Below the pieces are notes generated by a model. It did not search any database. It was not told the DNA's origin and was given only the letters and a program-made list of their open reading frames with translations. A stretch of 63,339 nt of DNA, filler included, from Aduncisulcus paluster (Eukaryota): the NCBI GenBank assembly GCA_024181965.1. It is 7 parts of 7 records of this genome, joined end to end, with 100 filler letters (N's around TTAATTAATTAA, not from the genome) between each part and the next. Parts side by side here need not be neighbours in the genome. Positions count along the whole stretch, not along the records: positions 20,448 to 25,853 come from BQXS01010077.1; positions 25,954 to 42,137 come from BQXS01010078.1; 5 more parts are not named here. The stretch is one strand, 5' to 3'. The translations under genes were made by a program, and so were the position numbers. Each line of letters begins with the position of its first letter. Positions within the stretch are counted from its first letter, which is position 1. This document shows, piece after piece, positions 23,211 through 34,613 of this stretch.

Positions 23211-23602
23211 ATTGAAACTTAAAATGTTTTATTTTTTTTAATTGATAACAGTTATTTAATAAACTATTCCTATATTCACACAAAGTCCAGAAATTCTTTC
23301 CTTATTTGTATGAGGCTTATTGATATCGACAATATTAAATTTTACCTTTAATGAATGTTACTATTTTATTCAATATTGTTATTGGTGGATAAACCTTATA
23401 TCTAAGCCAAAATATTAAAGGATTTTTCATGTTGATAGAGTTTCTTGACTACGATTCTTTCCCAATAAAAATAAATATCCTTACATAATTATTCATATAT
23501 TATCGAAAAAACTTCTCTTAACAGTTCGTCAAGTTGAGACAGAGAAAATTATCACGAAATTCTACCCGTTTTGATTACGATATTTATTACTTAGACGACA
23601 TA

Positions 23603-25018
23603 ATGCCAAAGACTCAGTCTCTTTTGAACTATACCTCTGGCTTACGTGCTATTGCCGCAATTGTTATAGCTATCTTACATATTGAACCTTGTTTACAGGC
23701 TTTCCCATCACCTGTTCCAATTTGTGATGATTATGAACATGGTCTTAGACATCAACCTTTTCCTTTTTCAATGGATAAGACCGCTTTACGTTATGTGATG
23801 GGTATTTTCCATACTCTTGTTGGATTCTTCTGTGCTAAGGAGATTCTTTCAACGCCCCCATCAATTAAAGCTTATCTTAAATATGTGGTGAAACGTTATC
23901 TTCGTTTATGGCTTCCAGCTCTCCCCATTATTATTCAATGGGAGTGGGCCAAAATGGCAGGAATTGAATATAATTTCCCTGTTAGTGATGATTATTCTGC
24001 TTTCCACCACCTTTTATTGCGCTCTACCTTTGTTTCATTCTATCTCGTCCCCGCTGGATTCTTATGGAGCCTTGCTTCCGATACCCTTTGTGCCGTTGTT
24101 CTCCCTCTCTTCTTGTGGGGTTGCCAATTCTTAACAAAGACTATGGGTGGCCTCATGAGTCGTCGTGGACTTATGGTCGCTGCTCCTATTTTGTTTGCCC
24201 CTGTTATTGGAATGTTCTTCCTTAGTTTCCGTATGCACTCTCCCCACCTTTTTTCTGAGGAAGGTGAACTCGATATTCTTACCTCCACTGCCATTTATTC
24301 ATTTGGACCCGTTAAATTCCTTGGATACGTGTTTGGTGCCTGTCTTTTCTGCTATCTTGGCAGGAATCTTGTCGCTGAGGACGAAGAGGAGGAAGAAGTT
24401 GCTGAGGAAAAGAAAGAAGAATGTATCGAGCCTGAAAAGACCAACACTGGTCTCCGTGTCATGGTTTCTGTCCTTTATGATATGGTTGCCATCGGTCTTA
24501 TTGCTTTGTCCAAGTTCATCAGTGTTTCCTTCTGTCGTGAAGCCATGGTTGAAATTGACCAAGATATGAGGATGTTCGACGTCTTCTTTGGAAGGACTGT
24601 TGCTTCTATCGTCCTTGTAGCTGGTTTTGTCATGCCCATGGTTAAGCCAGAGGAAATGGGCAACTTCTTGTTCGATTTCATTTCTGGTGGCCTCTTCAGG
24701 TTCTTGGGAAAGATCTCATTCTCAATATTCTTGGCCCAATACCCCGTTTATGAGTGGGTTTGGATCAGATCTGGCTTGCTTGAGAAGCTTTTCAATGGTA
24801 AAATCAAGACTTGGTTGTCTTTCAGAAACCTTTACGGTTTCCATATCGGAAGAATTGCTATGGTTGGAAGTGTTATCTTTGCTGCCATCATTTATCATTA
24901 TTGTTACACTGGTCTTATCTCCAAATTTGTTAAAAACATGACTTTGAAGAAATTCAATTTTGTTTTGGTGATGGGTCTTTTAGTCTACCTCGGATACACT
25001 CTTGTGTTCCTTCAATAA
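23603..25018 (+). CDS. Acyltransferase-3 (OafA/AT3) family membrane O-acyltransferase (471 aa)
   Basis: SGLRAIAAIVIAILH, KRYLRLWLP, LWSLA and FLGKISFSIFLAQYPV correspond to the AT3 motifs GLRxxAxxxVxxxH, RxxRxxP, WSL and GxxSYxxYLxHxP; many hydrophobic segments. Confidence 0.85.
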   Translation: MPKTQSLLNYTSGLRAIAAIVIAILHIEPCLQAFPSPVPICDDYEHGLRHQPFPFSMDKTALRYVMGIFHTLVGFFCAKEILSTPPSIKAYLKYVVKRYLRLWLPALPIIIQWEWAKMAGIEYNFPVSDDYSAFHHLLLRSTFVSFYLVPAGFLWSLASDTLCAVVLPLFLWGCQFLTKTMGGLMSRRGLMVAAPILFAPVIGMFFLSFRMHSPHLFSEEGELDILTSTAIYSFGPVKFLGYVFGACLFCYLGRNLVAEDEEEEEVAEEKKEECIEPEKTNTGLRVMVSVLYDMVAIGLIALSKFISVSFCREAMVEIDQDMRMFDVFFGRTVASIVLVAGFVMPMVKPEEMGNFLFDFISGGLFRFLGKISFSIFLAQYPVYEWVWIRSGLLEKLFNGKIKTWLSFRNLYGFHIGRIAMVGSVIFAAIIYHYCYTGLISKFVKNMTLKKFNFVLVMGLLVYLGYTLVFLQ

Positions 25019-25161
25019 TGATATTTTAAGTTTTATGTGGGAGTTTATAAGTAAATAGAGTTTATTTTTTCTTTGTTTTTCGTCTTAATCAAGTGCACTA
25101 TCAATTTATTGTTTTCTGCATAATCAGATATTTTTTTTTATTTGTTTTTCGTTATTACAAT

Positions 25162-25853
25162 ATGCCTTGTCCACAAGATATGGATTCATGTGAATTATTT
25201 AGCGGAAAAAATGTAAATGATCCCATTCATGGGTTTTTTTATTTAAATCCCGATGTTCTCTCCTTTATTGATACTCCTCAATTCCAAAGACTTAGAGGGT
25301 TGAGACAATTGGCTGCTTCCTATTTAGTTTATCCAGGAGCTGTTCATACGAGGTTTGAGCATAGTCTTGGAGTTTATCATCTTGCTGACAAAATGATGGA
25401 GAGTATTTCGTATGCTCAACCATCTCTTAAGGTGGAAGATCGTCATTTCAAATATATTAGATTGGCTGGATTGCTTCATGATCTCGGCCATGGTCCTTTT
25501 AGCCACTGTTTTGATCATTTGTTTATTGGAACCATCCGTCCTGAGAGGAAATGGGCCCATGAAGAAGGATCTTGTCGAATGCTTGAGTTTTTATTAGAAC
25601 AGAATCCTCGATGTGATGAGATATTAGACGATAAGGATGTTAAGATTATTTCTTCCCTTATTCTCGGCAAAGACAAAGCTGAAAAGGGTGTATGTAGCTC
25701 AGTTCCATCATATTTATATGATATCGTTAGCAACAGTCGGAATAGCATTGATGTTGACAAATTCGACTATCTCGCCAGGGACAGTCAGTACTGTGGAGTT
25801 TCTTCTCTCTCTTTCGATTCTACAAGGCTTATCTCAGCTGCTCGAGTCATAGA
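25162..25853 (+). CDS. SAMHD1-like HD-domain dNTP triphosphohydrolase, 3'-truncated
   Basis: DPIHG, IDTPQFQRLRGLRQL, HTRFEHSLGV, LLHDLGHGPFSH, HE, DVDKFDYLARD. Confidence 0.92.
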
Positions 25854-25953
25854 NNNNNNNNNNNNNNNNNNNNNNNNNNNNNNNNNNNNNNNNNNNNTTA
25901 ATTAATTAANNNNNNNNNNNNNNNNNNNNNNNNNNNNNNNNNNNNNNNNNNNN
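25854..25953. other. Artificial scaffold-concatenation linker
   Basis: N44-TTAATTAATTAA-N44. Confidence 0.97.
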
Positions 25954-28900
25954 AATACAAATTCTCAGTATCGTAATAAGCATCCGATTCACATGTGCAT
26001 AGTTGTTCAGCCCAATCACATATCCCAGCATTTCCACAGGCTGACCCATCATTCGTAGCACAAATACAGGTAGGAACAAGCTCAGTTGTGAGGTCTTGCT
26101 CATATAAACTGAGTGAACAAGCCATATTCACATTATCACATGTTGAGCATATTCCAGAATCATCTTTCTTGCACTCTAAAGCTGTTGAGTCGTCTTGATA
26201 TACCATCATATATCCATATCTACATCCAACAATGTCACCATAGCACACAGTGTTCGCCTCAACATAGTCTGGATATATCTCCTCATCTGAACGACAAGAA
26301 GAGCATGTCATGTTGTCAGCATTTACAGTGACACTATCAGGATCATCGATGTTGTGATACGCAACATATTCGGATTGAAAGAATGCTCCAACATCACCTG
26401 ATGACGAGGAGCATATGGGATTATTGCTCAACTCGATGGAAGTCAGACCTGCCATGAAAAGAAGAGTCGAGTAGTCAGAGATATCATTTGAAGAGAGATC
26501 AATGGATGTGACATTGCCGCAGCCAAGGAATTCAATTCCTCTGAGCTTGGATATTCCCAAACCATGCAGATCAATAGTGGTCTTATCATACGAACGTAGC
26601 TGTGGGATTGAGAGGAAGCATCCCGCATCCAACTCGAATTCAAGACAGAGGGCATCCCTGAGGTTTGAATCGTGGATAGAGTGGCATACGAGAGAACACT
26701 CATTATCATCCGTGCAAACAGTCTCTGACATGGCAATCGATGAACATTGAACCTCTTCTGTATTGGGATTCCATACTTCGTTCAAATATATAGAATTATT
26801 TTCTCTGTCAGAATAAAAATAATTGCAATATGGATACCCATCAAGATCAGTAAGATTTGGGAAAATCTCATATAAAAACTGATCAAATTCGTTATCATCT
26901 TCGTCCGAGCAGATGTACAAACTCCGATATTGGAATGACGTCATCTTATACATCCCAAATAGAGGTGATATATCATAAAATTTATCACTACCTATGTCTA
27001 AATAAGTAATATTATGCAATGGTGCCAAAGAACGGATGTCTGTTATCAAGGGGTTGTATGAAAGATCTAGATATGACAATTGTGAGAATGTACCAAAATT
27101 TGAAATAGAAGTGATATCATTGTCAATCAAATCCAGATACTCAAGAGAGGAACACTGATTAATCGATGAGATATCTTCTATACCATTTCGAGATAAAACC
27201 AAAGTCTTCAAAGATGAACAACAGGAGTAAAAAGATGTTGAAATATCAACAAGTTCATCTGAGCAACTATCAACAATGAGTTCTTCGATACTACGGGCCC
27301 CAATGTCACAAAGACGGCCTAGATCGATTTCACCATCATCAATGTAATATATCGAGAGAGATTTGAGGTTAGGTGTTGATGAGAGCCAAGAAAAATCAAA
27401 GTTGCTTGAATAAGTGTATAATGATTTCAAGGCAGGCAAGGACAGAGCACAAGAGCTATCAACATCATAAAATGTAGAACTAACTATTTTTAGTTCTTCC
27501 AAAGTGCTCCTGAGTGAGTTCAAAACACCACAAAAGTCACCTCTAATATCCTGATAGGAAATGGTTAAGGCCGTAAGGTTTGTCATATCAGAAATTGGAT
27601 CAAGGGAAGGGACTGAAATGCCAGATATATTAAGTCCCGACACGCTTGTCAAATACTGAATTCCGGTCAAGTCACTGATAGAATAATCAGATAGCACGAG
27701 AATTCCATCCTCATTTCCTGTGTATCCACTCATGTCATCCAATGAGAGATCACAGTATCCAGAATATCCATGGATCATTTCACATAGATCTGCTCTGAAC
27801 CGACTGCAGGGAATGTTGACTTGATACTCACATGAAGACCCATACTTCCCTTCTTCTCGACATTCCCACACTGGATAGTGATGTCCCTCGGTGTCATCTG
27901 AAGTGACTGAGGAAGAAGAGACATTGGTGTTGCTATTCGTCACAGGCATGACACATTTCTTAAGGTCTCTCTGAATCCCCGGAGCAACACATATTGGACT
28001 TTCGACACATAGCCCAGATAACAGATCTTCATAATACCCATAAGCACATTCACTTGCATACGATCCATCGAGTTGTTGGACACATGCACGATGTGAGTCA
28101 ATAGACATGCTTTCAGTGTCATCACAGAGGCTTGTTGAGTATGAACCAGAGACTACCTCAAGGTTAGGTTGAATCGACTCAGGGAATAATGCAACAATCG
28201 CATCTGAAGTGTATGAATCGTCAAGAGGATTCCCAGAGATGCCGAGATATTCGAAGGAGTCAGAGAGACTCGAATCGAATACCAATGGGAATATATCAGA
28301 GATATTATTATTCCTCAAGTCAACAGCAGTCAACGTAGACAAATATTTGAGTGGTTCAATATCTTCGATGGAATGTCNNNNNNNNNNNNNNNNNNNNTGC
28401 ACGATGTGAGTCAATAGACATGCTTTCAGTGTCATCACAGAGGCTTGTTGAGTATGAACCAGAGACTACCTCAAGGTTAGGTTGAATCGACTCAGGGAAT
28501 AATGCAACAATCGCATCTGAAGTGTATGAATCGTCAAGAGGATTCCCAGAGATGCCGAGATATTCGAAGGAGTCAGAGAGACTCGAATCGAATACCAATG
28601 GGAATATATCAGAGATATTATTATTCCTCAAGTCAACAGCAGTCAACGTAGACAAATATTTGAGTGGTTCAATATCTTCGATGGAATGTCCATACACATC
28701 CAGGGATAACAGCCCACCAATATCGGAGATGGCATATTCAAGACCTCGAAGAGAGTACACAGTATTAAATCCCTCAACGAATACAGTTGGATTGTTAGTA
28801 ATGACCTCGTTAACGTTGAGACTGCCACCAAAACTTCTGAGTTGAGCGACAGTCAGCACACCATCATCATCAGTGAGACCCATAGCGATTCGAATAACTT

Positions 28901-29837
28901 TCCTCAACACAGGATCATGGATCAACTGGCATGCAAACGTTCCTTCGTCAATAGTGCCTTCCTGAAGAGCAATGAATGAACACTGTTTCTGCCCTGGAGT
29001 TATTGCATTTCCATCGGCATCCTCATTCCAAGCATATGGATTGTACACCTCATTCAGGATGAAAGAAGGACACAAAGGATTAGATTTTGGACATTGACCA
29101 GAATTATATGCCGTTAGAGCACATGAACTTTTTGATATGTCTAACTTTTCTGGAGAAAGGGCTGGAAAGATCGAATATGAGCCAAAAAGAAGGAATTGTT
29201 CAAATTCAGTATATGTTTCACTGTGGCATATTGGAGAAGGATAGCTATTTCCATAAGAGAGTGAAAGTTCAGCCATTTTGATGTTTTTAAAGAAAGGAGA
29301 AAGGTCAAAAAGATTATTACCATATGTCGCAAGATCAGTAATATTATGAGTGTATGATAAATATGAGAAATCTGTACGATTCATAAGAAGAAGCGAAAAT
29401 AAGTCAACACTGAACAAACCCATCATTGAAGAAACTTCAGATTGAACCTCCCAAATCCAGAAACTACTGAGATTGGAAAGATCAGAAAGTAAAGAATAAT
29501 CCAACGTGTACTCACAATTAAGAGTAAGAGAAGTCAAAGCGGGGCTTGCATACTGAATTCCCTCCAAATCAACCAATTCGTTGTAAGAAGAATATATTGA
29601 TGAAAGAAGCTCCAACTCATCTTGTGAAATATCACATAACGAGGATTTTCCCCTCGATTCAAGACACAATACCATCCTAAACCGATCATCAGGAATGTAA
29701 ATGGTGTATTCATTTTCCTCGCCAATTTCAGAAGAAAAAACATAAATAATGAATGAAATAAAAATAAATATTAATTTAAATGAGAGTGAAGGTTGAAAAT
29801 TCCGTAAAATATTATAATATCGACCATTAGAAATCAT
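25954..29837 (-). CDS. Internalin-like LRR / Cys-rich / EGF-like surface protein, paralog of 16410-20347; 3'-truncated
   Basis: Signal-like LIFIFISFIIYVFS, IPDDRFRMVLC cap, LRRs (LRNNNISDIFPL, LSYNPLITDIRSL), ECAYGYYEDL, CREEGKYGSSC. The two ORF-track entries join across the duplicated gap. Confidence 0.85.
28085..28690. repeat. Gap-flanking duplication (28085-28377 = 28398-28690)
   Basis: 293-bp copies around 20 N; no difference seen. Confidence 0.9.
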
Positions 29838-30580
29838 CGACTCCAGTTAATGTATAATAAAATAAATATTGATAGAATTTGAAATTGAATCTAAATTAAG
29901 CAAAAAAGAGCGATATTATTAGGGATTATGTTGTCAAACCAAGCCAGGAAACTGAATCCGTGATTCATCGGTTAATGATTGATTTCAAAATATTAGAATA
30001 TGGAAACGAGGATATTTGTAAGATGAAAATATTTTTACAAATGATTTTTCGGTTTATTTGACTTGAAATATGTGATGGGGGTTGAAAATGGCACCACCGA
30101 TGATATTCTATCAGAAATACCAAATAAAACAAGAACATCTAAACTTGAAGTAGACACATATTCATATCTAATCGTAATATCGCATATAATCGGATATGGA
30201 AGTCTCCAAGAGAAGAATATCTTCTCACACTCAAGCAATAATGCCAGGAATCAGCACTTTGTCGAAGAATATATGATCTTCCAAATATATCGAAGTGGAG
30301 AGAGATCCAGGTCATTGACCAAGTCAGCGGCTTTCACGATCGAATCAGGAGAACTCGGTATTAACCTATCCAATTATGAATACTATACGATACTACACTT
30401 AGCATAAATATAAATATATTTCTTCAGTTGGATGGTCTCAAACTATTCACAGATATAATTCAACTTCAGAACTAATACAAGTGTAAAGATCCTCCACACA
30501 AGTAATCATGCCACGAAATTATTAATAATAATTATATAATTATAATTAAAAATTAAAATAATAATAAAATTATCACTTCA

Positions 30581-32427
30581 TCAATCCTGTTCTTCTGCAC
30601 GTAATCTATCCATGGAATCATGCACCAGTGTCGAGAGAGAAGACCAGCTCTTCTTTTCCTTATGACTTTCTTCTATTTCTGTGTCCATATCGAATAAAGG
30701 GACACTCCGAACAGCATCCGCAGTCACTCGTCTTTTCCTCCATTCTAATTCCAGCACAGGGATGATATCCTGTCCAAATATGAACGGCGAGGGTTTCTTA
30801 GCATATTGGTTCTCGAATGGAGATATGTTACCTAATTGGTATTTAAACCTTTCATGTCCAAAGTTTATACTTAATGATACTGTACGATGATTTGTCGATA
30901 GCAAGGACACCATAACAGAGAGATTATCACCTCCCAAAATGGCTTCTTGCTTCATACGTTCTTTCTGACTAAATAATTTACAATCTTTTCCAGCAACAAC
31001 AAATTCACCGACTTCAGTCACAATGCTCATGTTCCGTTTAAATATATCCACAACAAGACCAAAAGATTTGGGTACTTTCAATCCCAAACCTTTGTCTTTC
31101 CCATTGAACACAACGGCACCATTGGAGTTAATACTAATACTCCTGGAGTCAGATCCAGGGTATTCCGATTCTGTTTTGCCAATCCCAATCCACCACATAG
31201 CTCCCCTCGAGTCTGAACCATCTCTTGTGTGTGAAATGAATGCCGCATCATCACGTGCATATCTTGTATGAATAGTGGGAGTAACCTCGAAATATTTCCT
31301 CGTTGCGACGTGGATCAACGAATGGACGGCAGATACAACGTGGGATGCCAAAACACAGACATCGTCGGGCATTTCCATTAACAGAACATCACACAGTCCA
31401 AGGCGACCACACACTCGGGCGAGAACTTCCACAGATGGAATCAATGCAAACCCATTGCCAGGATAAATGAAATCAAGAACAAGCGTTGTAGATATGAAAG
31501 CAACCCAGGCTGGTCCATGTTTGGCCGAATCACTTGCCATCTTCAGTAGATCTCTCAATGTCTCAATCCTTATCAACAAACGACGAGGGAACAATGCCTT
31601 GGTTGATGTTAGAAAACAGTGAATGCCAGCTGAAGAAAGATCCCCGATATCTGGAGGAGCTAATGATCCACTATCCATGATAACTTTCTCATGCATCTCT
31701 TGAATCTTCTCAGAGTGTTGCTGAGTTAATAACTTTGAAGCAAATTGAGTGGAACTTATAATTTCTAAGTGAGAAACAACGTCTGATTTGGCTTTCATGC
31801 AGATAGGCGTACTTTCTTTGAGTCCTAGTCTAAAAGCATCTAAACAGTCGGCAACTCTCTCTGATTCCTCAACAGCAAACCGTAAAAGCTCACTGATTTG
31901 ACCAATGCCTTCTTTTTCTTGCCACCGAGCAATTGACGCCCATCGATTCCGTCTAGCAATTAACTCCTTATTAAATGTCGAGCCACCCTCAGAATTAACT
32001 GTTACCATGGCATTCCATTTTGCTAATGTGTCTTTTTCTTGTTGAACTTTAAATTCCTCTCGAATAGAATGATCTGGACATATTGCAGCAATATCCATGG
32101 CTAAAAATTTTTCTTCGGCTTCTGAATGCAGATCTTGTAATCGTTTTTGTGCTAAAAAGAAGTCCTTTTCATCTTCCAAAGAAGCTTCATGAGCCAGAAG
32201 CGTTGTACATCTCAAAGCGGATGAACCATATCTAAAAGAATAATAATTACAATATTTGGTGAAATATTATAAAGATAATAATATACATAAAATCAAAATA
32301 TTTCAATAAAATAAAATATAATTAACAATATTCACAAGATCAAGGCAAAGGATCAATATTACATAAAATCAAGAACATACTTCGTAAATAACTCGGATAA
32401 TTCCTCTTTACAATCACTAAAAAGCAT
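30581..32427 (-). CDS. SPRY-like domain protein; two exons (32427-32381, 32231-30581), about 565 aa
   Basis: ORF-track start is TTG; splicing GTATGT(32380)...TTTTAG(32232) gives in-frame MLFSDCKEELSELFTK/YGSSALRC. C-terminal WWIGIG...YPGSDSRSISINSNG...FGLVVD...INFGHERFKY is SPRY-like. Confidence 0.7.
32232..32380 (-). other. Spliceosomal intron, 149 nt, phase 2
   Basis: GTATGT donor, TTCTTTTAG acceptor, AT-rich; restores an ATG-initiated frame. Confidence 0.7.
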
Positions 32428-33068
32428 ATATCATCAATAAATAATACTATAAAATATTGAAACGAGTCAAAACAAGAGAAATGAAATTTTACAGGAAGAA
32501 TATCCATTTATTTAGGAAAATACAACAAGACTTTATGACCTTAGTAAATCAAAAAGGATTATCATTAAAAAAATCAAAGAAAATACACCACAATCCTGAA
32601 AAAAATCGAAATTATTATTATAAGTGGTAAAATCGAGATAACAGAGAAAAAAGTTTTCTTATTCATCAAAAATATATATGTAAAACGAGAATATATGCAA
32701 GATTCATGAAGTCTTGTTATCATTGTCAAGTTTTTAAAACCGAAATTGATAGGAGAAAAATCATCAAAAAATAACTGGAGGAAAATGTTACAAAATCATT
32801 ACATAACATTAATATTGCTTAATAGCCACCTTTTCTGAATTATCTTCATGCATACACGATGACATTGTCACACAACGCACCAATATTAAACAAATTCAAA
32901 GACAATTCAAATAGATTGAAATAATTCGTAAAAACAAAGATAGATGTAGATTAAAAAAAACACACACACAAGAAAAAAAACATCGAAATTTTGAGCAACA
33001 ACTCAAAAAGAATCCAACCATGACACTTTCTTCTCTTCTTGTGATTCAATACTGTTGTGATTCCATTC

Positions 33069-34490
33069 TCATCCTCTTTTCAACATCCTGTGAATGGCTG
33101 CGATATCTTTTCCTCTTGTTTCTGGTAGGTAGAAATAGATCAACAGAGTGATTATGAGACTGATACCAGTGAGTAAAAAGAATGCTCCCCCTTGTCCCAA
33201 AGCTTCTGGAGAACTGATCGACAAGAAGAAGAGAGTCATGACAAGATTGAACACCCACATGAGACAAGTCGCAATACTGGACCCAACCCCTTTGATCGTA
33301 GGGGGAAGAATCTCCTGAATAACACTCCAAAATAGTGGACCGATACTAAATTCAAACCCAAACAGGAATACAGCGAGACCAGAGATGGCCACGATCCCCA
33401 ATAACACTCTGTCATCTCTCCCAACAAGCCATTGGAAAGCCACACCAACAAAGAAGTTACCAACCGTCATACATATTGAACCAATCATGAACATAACCCT
33501 CCGATCAATCTTGTCCGAATTCCACACTCCAATCACTGCAAACACAGTATTCATGGTCGTTGTTCCAATTCCACCCATGAATGTTGAGGCAGTGTCAGAG
33601 AAACCGACAGATTCGAAGATATCTTTCGCATAAAGAATAATAGCATTCACACCAGTGAGCTGTTGGGAGGCAGGAAGCACAATAAGAAGAAGTAAAACAA
33701 CGGGATATTTCTTAATCGTCTTGAGGAACCCTTCTTCTTTTTCTGAGGAGTCCTTCAACGTAGAACTACCGCTGGATGGAGAAACGATGTTCCCGTATTC
33801 TTCAGCTCCTTCAGTTTGAACGATTTCCTCATCGCCATCACCGAGAACTTCGACATCACCTAGGACATGTCCATTCTCAGTATTAGCCGAATGAGGATTC
33901 ATTTGTTTCTCGTCTCTATTCAACCAAAACTTACTTTCAGGCATATAATACATCAAAACAAAGGTAGGGACGGAAAGGATCAGACCACTGAATAGGAATC
34001 CAATGGGCCATAACCCGTGTCCAAGGCCCATTAACAGGCCGATAAGGTATGATACAACCTGCGCAGCGCAGCAACTAAACTGGAATAATCCCGTGAGAAA
34101 CCCTCTGGAGGCGTCAGGGGCATTTTCAGCAGTATACATAGGAACGACACAAGATACACATCCGACACCAAATCCGGTAAGCAGACGGAAGATAATCATG
34201 GACCAAAGACTCCATGAGCATGCAGTAACAATACTAAGAACAATACATATCATTACAGAAATTAAAATCATCGTCCTTCTTCCAACGGCATCGGCGAACG
34301 ATCCACCAAGCATAGACCCAATAGCTGATCCAAAAATAAGAGCAGACGTTAATAATTCTTGATCAAAGTCTGAAATATCCCAGATGTTATCATCTTTCAA
34401 GGAATCCACAACAGGAGATATGACGGAGATGTTATATCCGTAAATGCTTCCACCAAAAACTGTTAATGCGGTGATTAGCGGCAAACTCAT
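33069..34490 (-). CDS. MFS sugar porter (hexose/polyol transporter family), 473 aa
   Basis: GGSIYGYN, ADAVGRR, PMYTAENAPDASRG, PES, QQLTGVNAIILYA, DKIDRR, SIGPLFW, PETRGK. Confidence 0.95.
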   Translation of the reverse strand: MSLPLITALTVFGGSIYGYNISVISPVVDSLKDDNIWDISDFDQELLTSALIFGSAIGSMLGGSFADAVGRRTMILISVMICIVLSIVTACSWSLWSMIIFRLLTGFGVGCVSCVVPMYTAENAPDASRGFLTGLFQFSCCAAQVVSYLIGLLMGLGHGLWPIGFLFSGLILSVPTFVLMYYMPESKFWLNRDEKQMNPHSANTENGHVLGDVEVLGDGDEEIVQTEGAEEYGNIVSPSSGSSTLKDSSEKEEGFLKTIKKYPVVLLLLIVLPASQQLTGVNAIILYAKDIFESVGFSDTASTFMGGIGTTTMNTVFAVIGVWNSDKIDRRVMFMIGSICMTVGNFFVGVAFQWLVGRDDRVLLGIVAISGLAVFLFGFEFSIGPLFWSVIQEILPPTIKGVGSSIATCLMWVFNLVMTLFFLSISSPEALGQGGAFFLLTGISLIITLLIYFYLPETRGKDIAAIHRMLKRG

Positions 34491-34613
34491 CAATTAATGT
34501 TGTTTTGATGGCACAAAACAAAGATATCAAAACAAAACTTGAATCAGTTACTTGATCACTTTTTCTTGCCTGGTAATACGCAATATAAGTGGATTTTATT
34601 TCATAATTTAAAT
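34491..34613. promoter_or_regulatory. Putative bidirectional promoter (123 bp) between sugar porter and pyruvate kinase
   Basis: Two ATGs face away from each other 123 bp apart; contains inverted TGTTTTGAT...ATCAAAACA. Confidence 0.5.
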
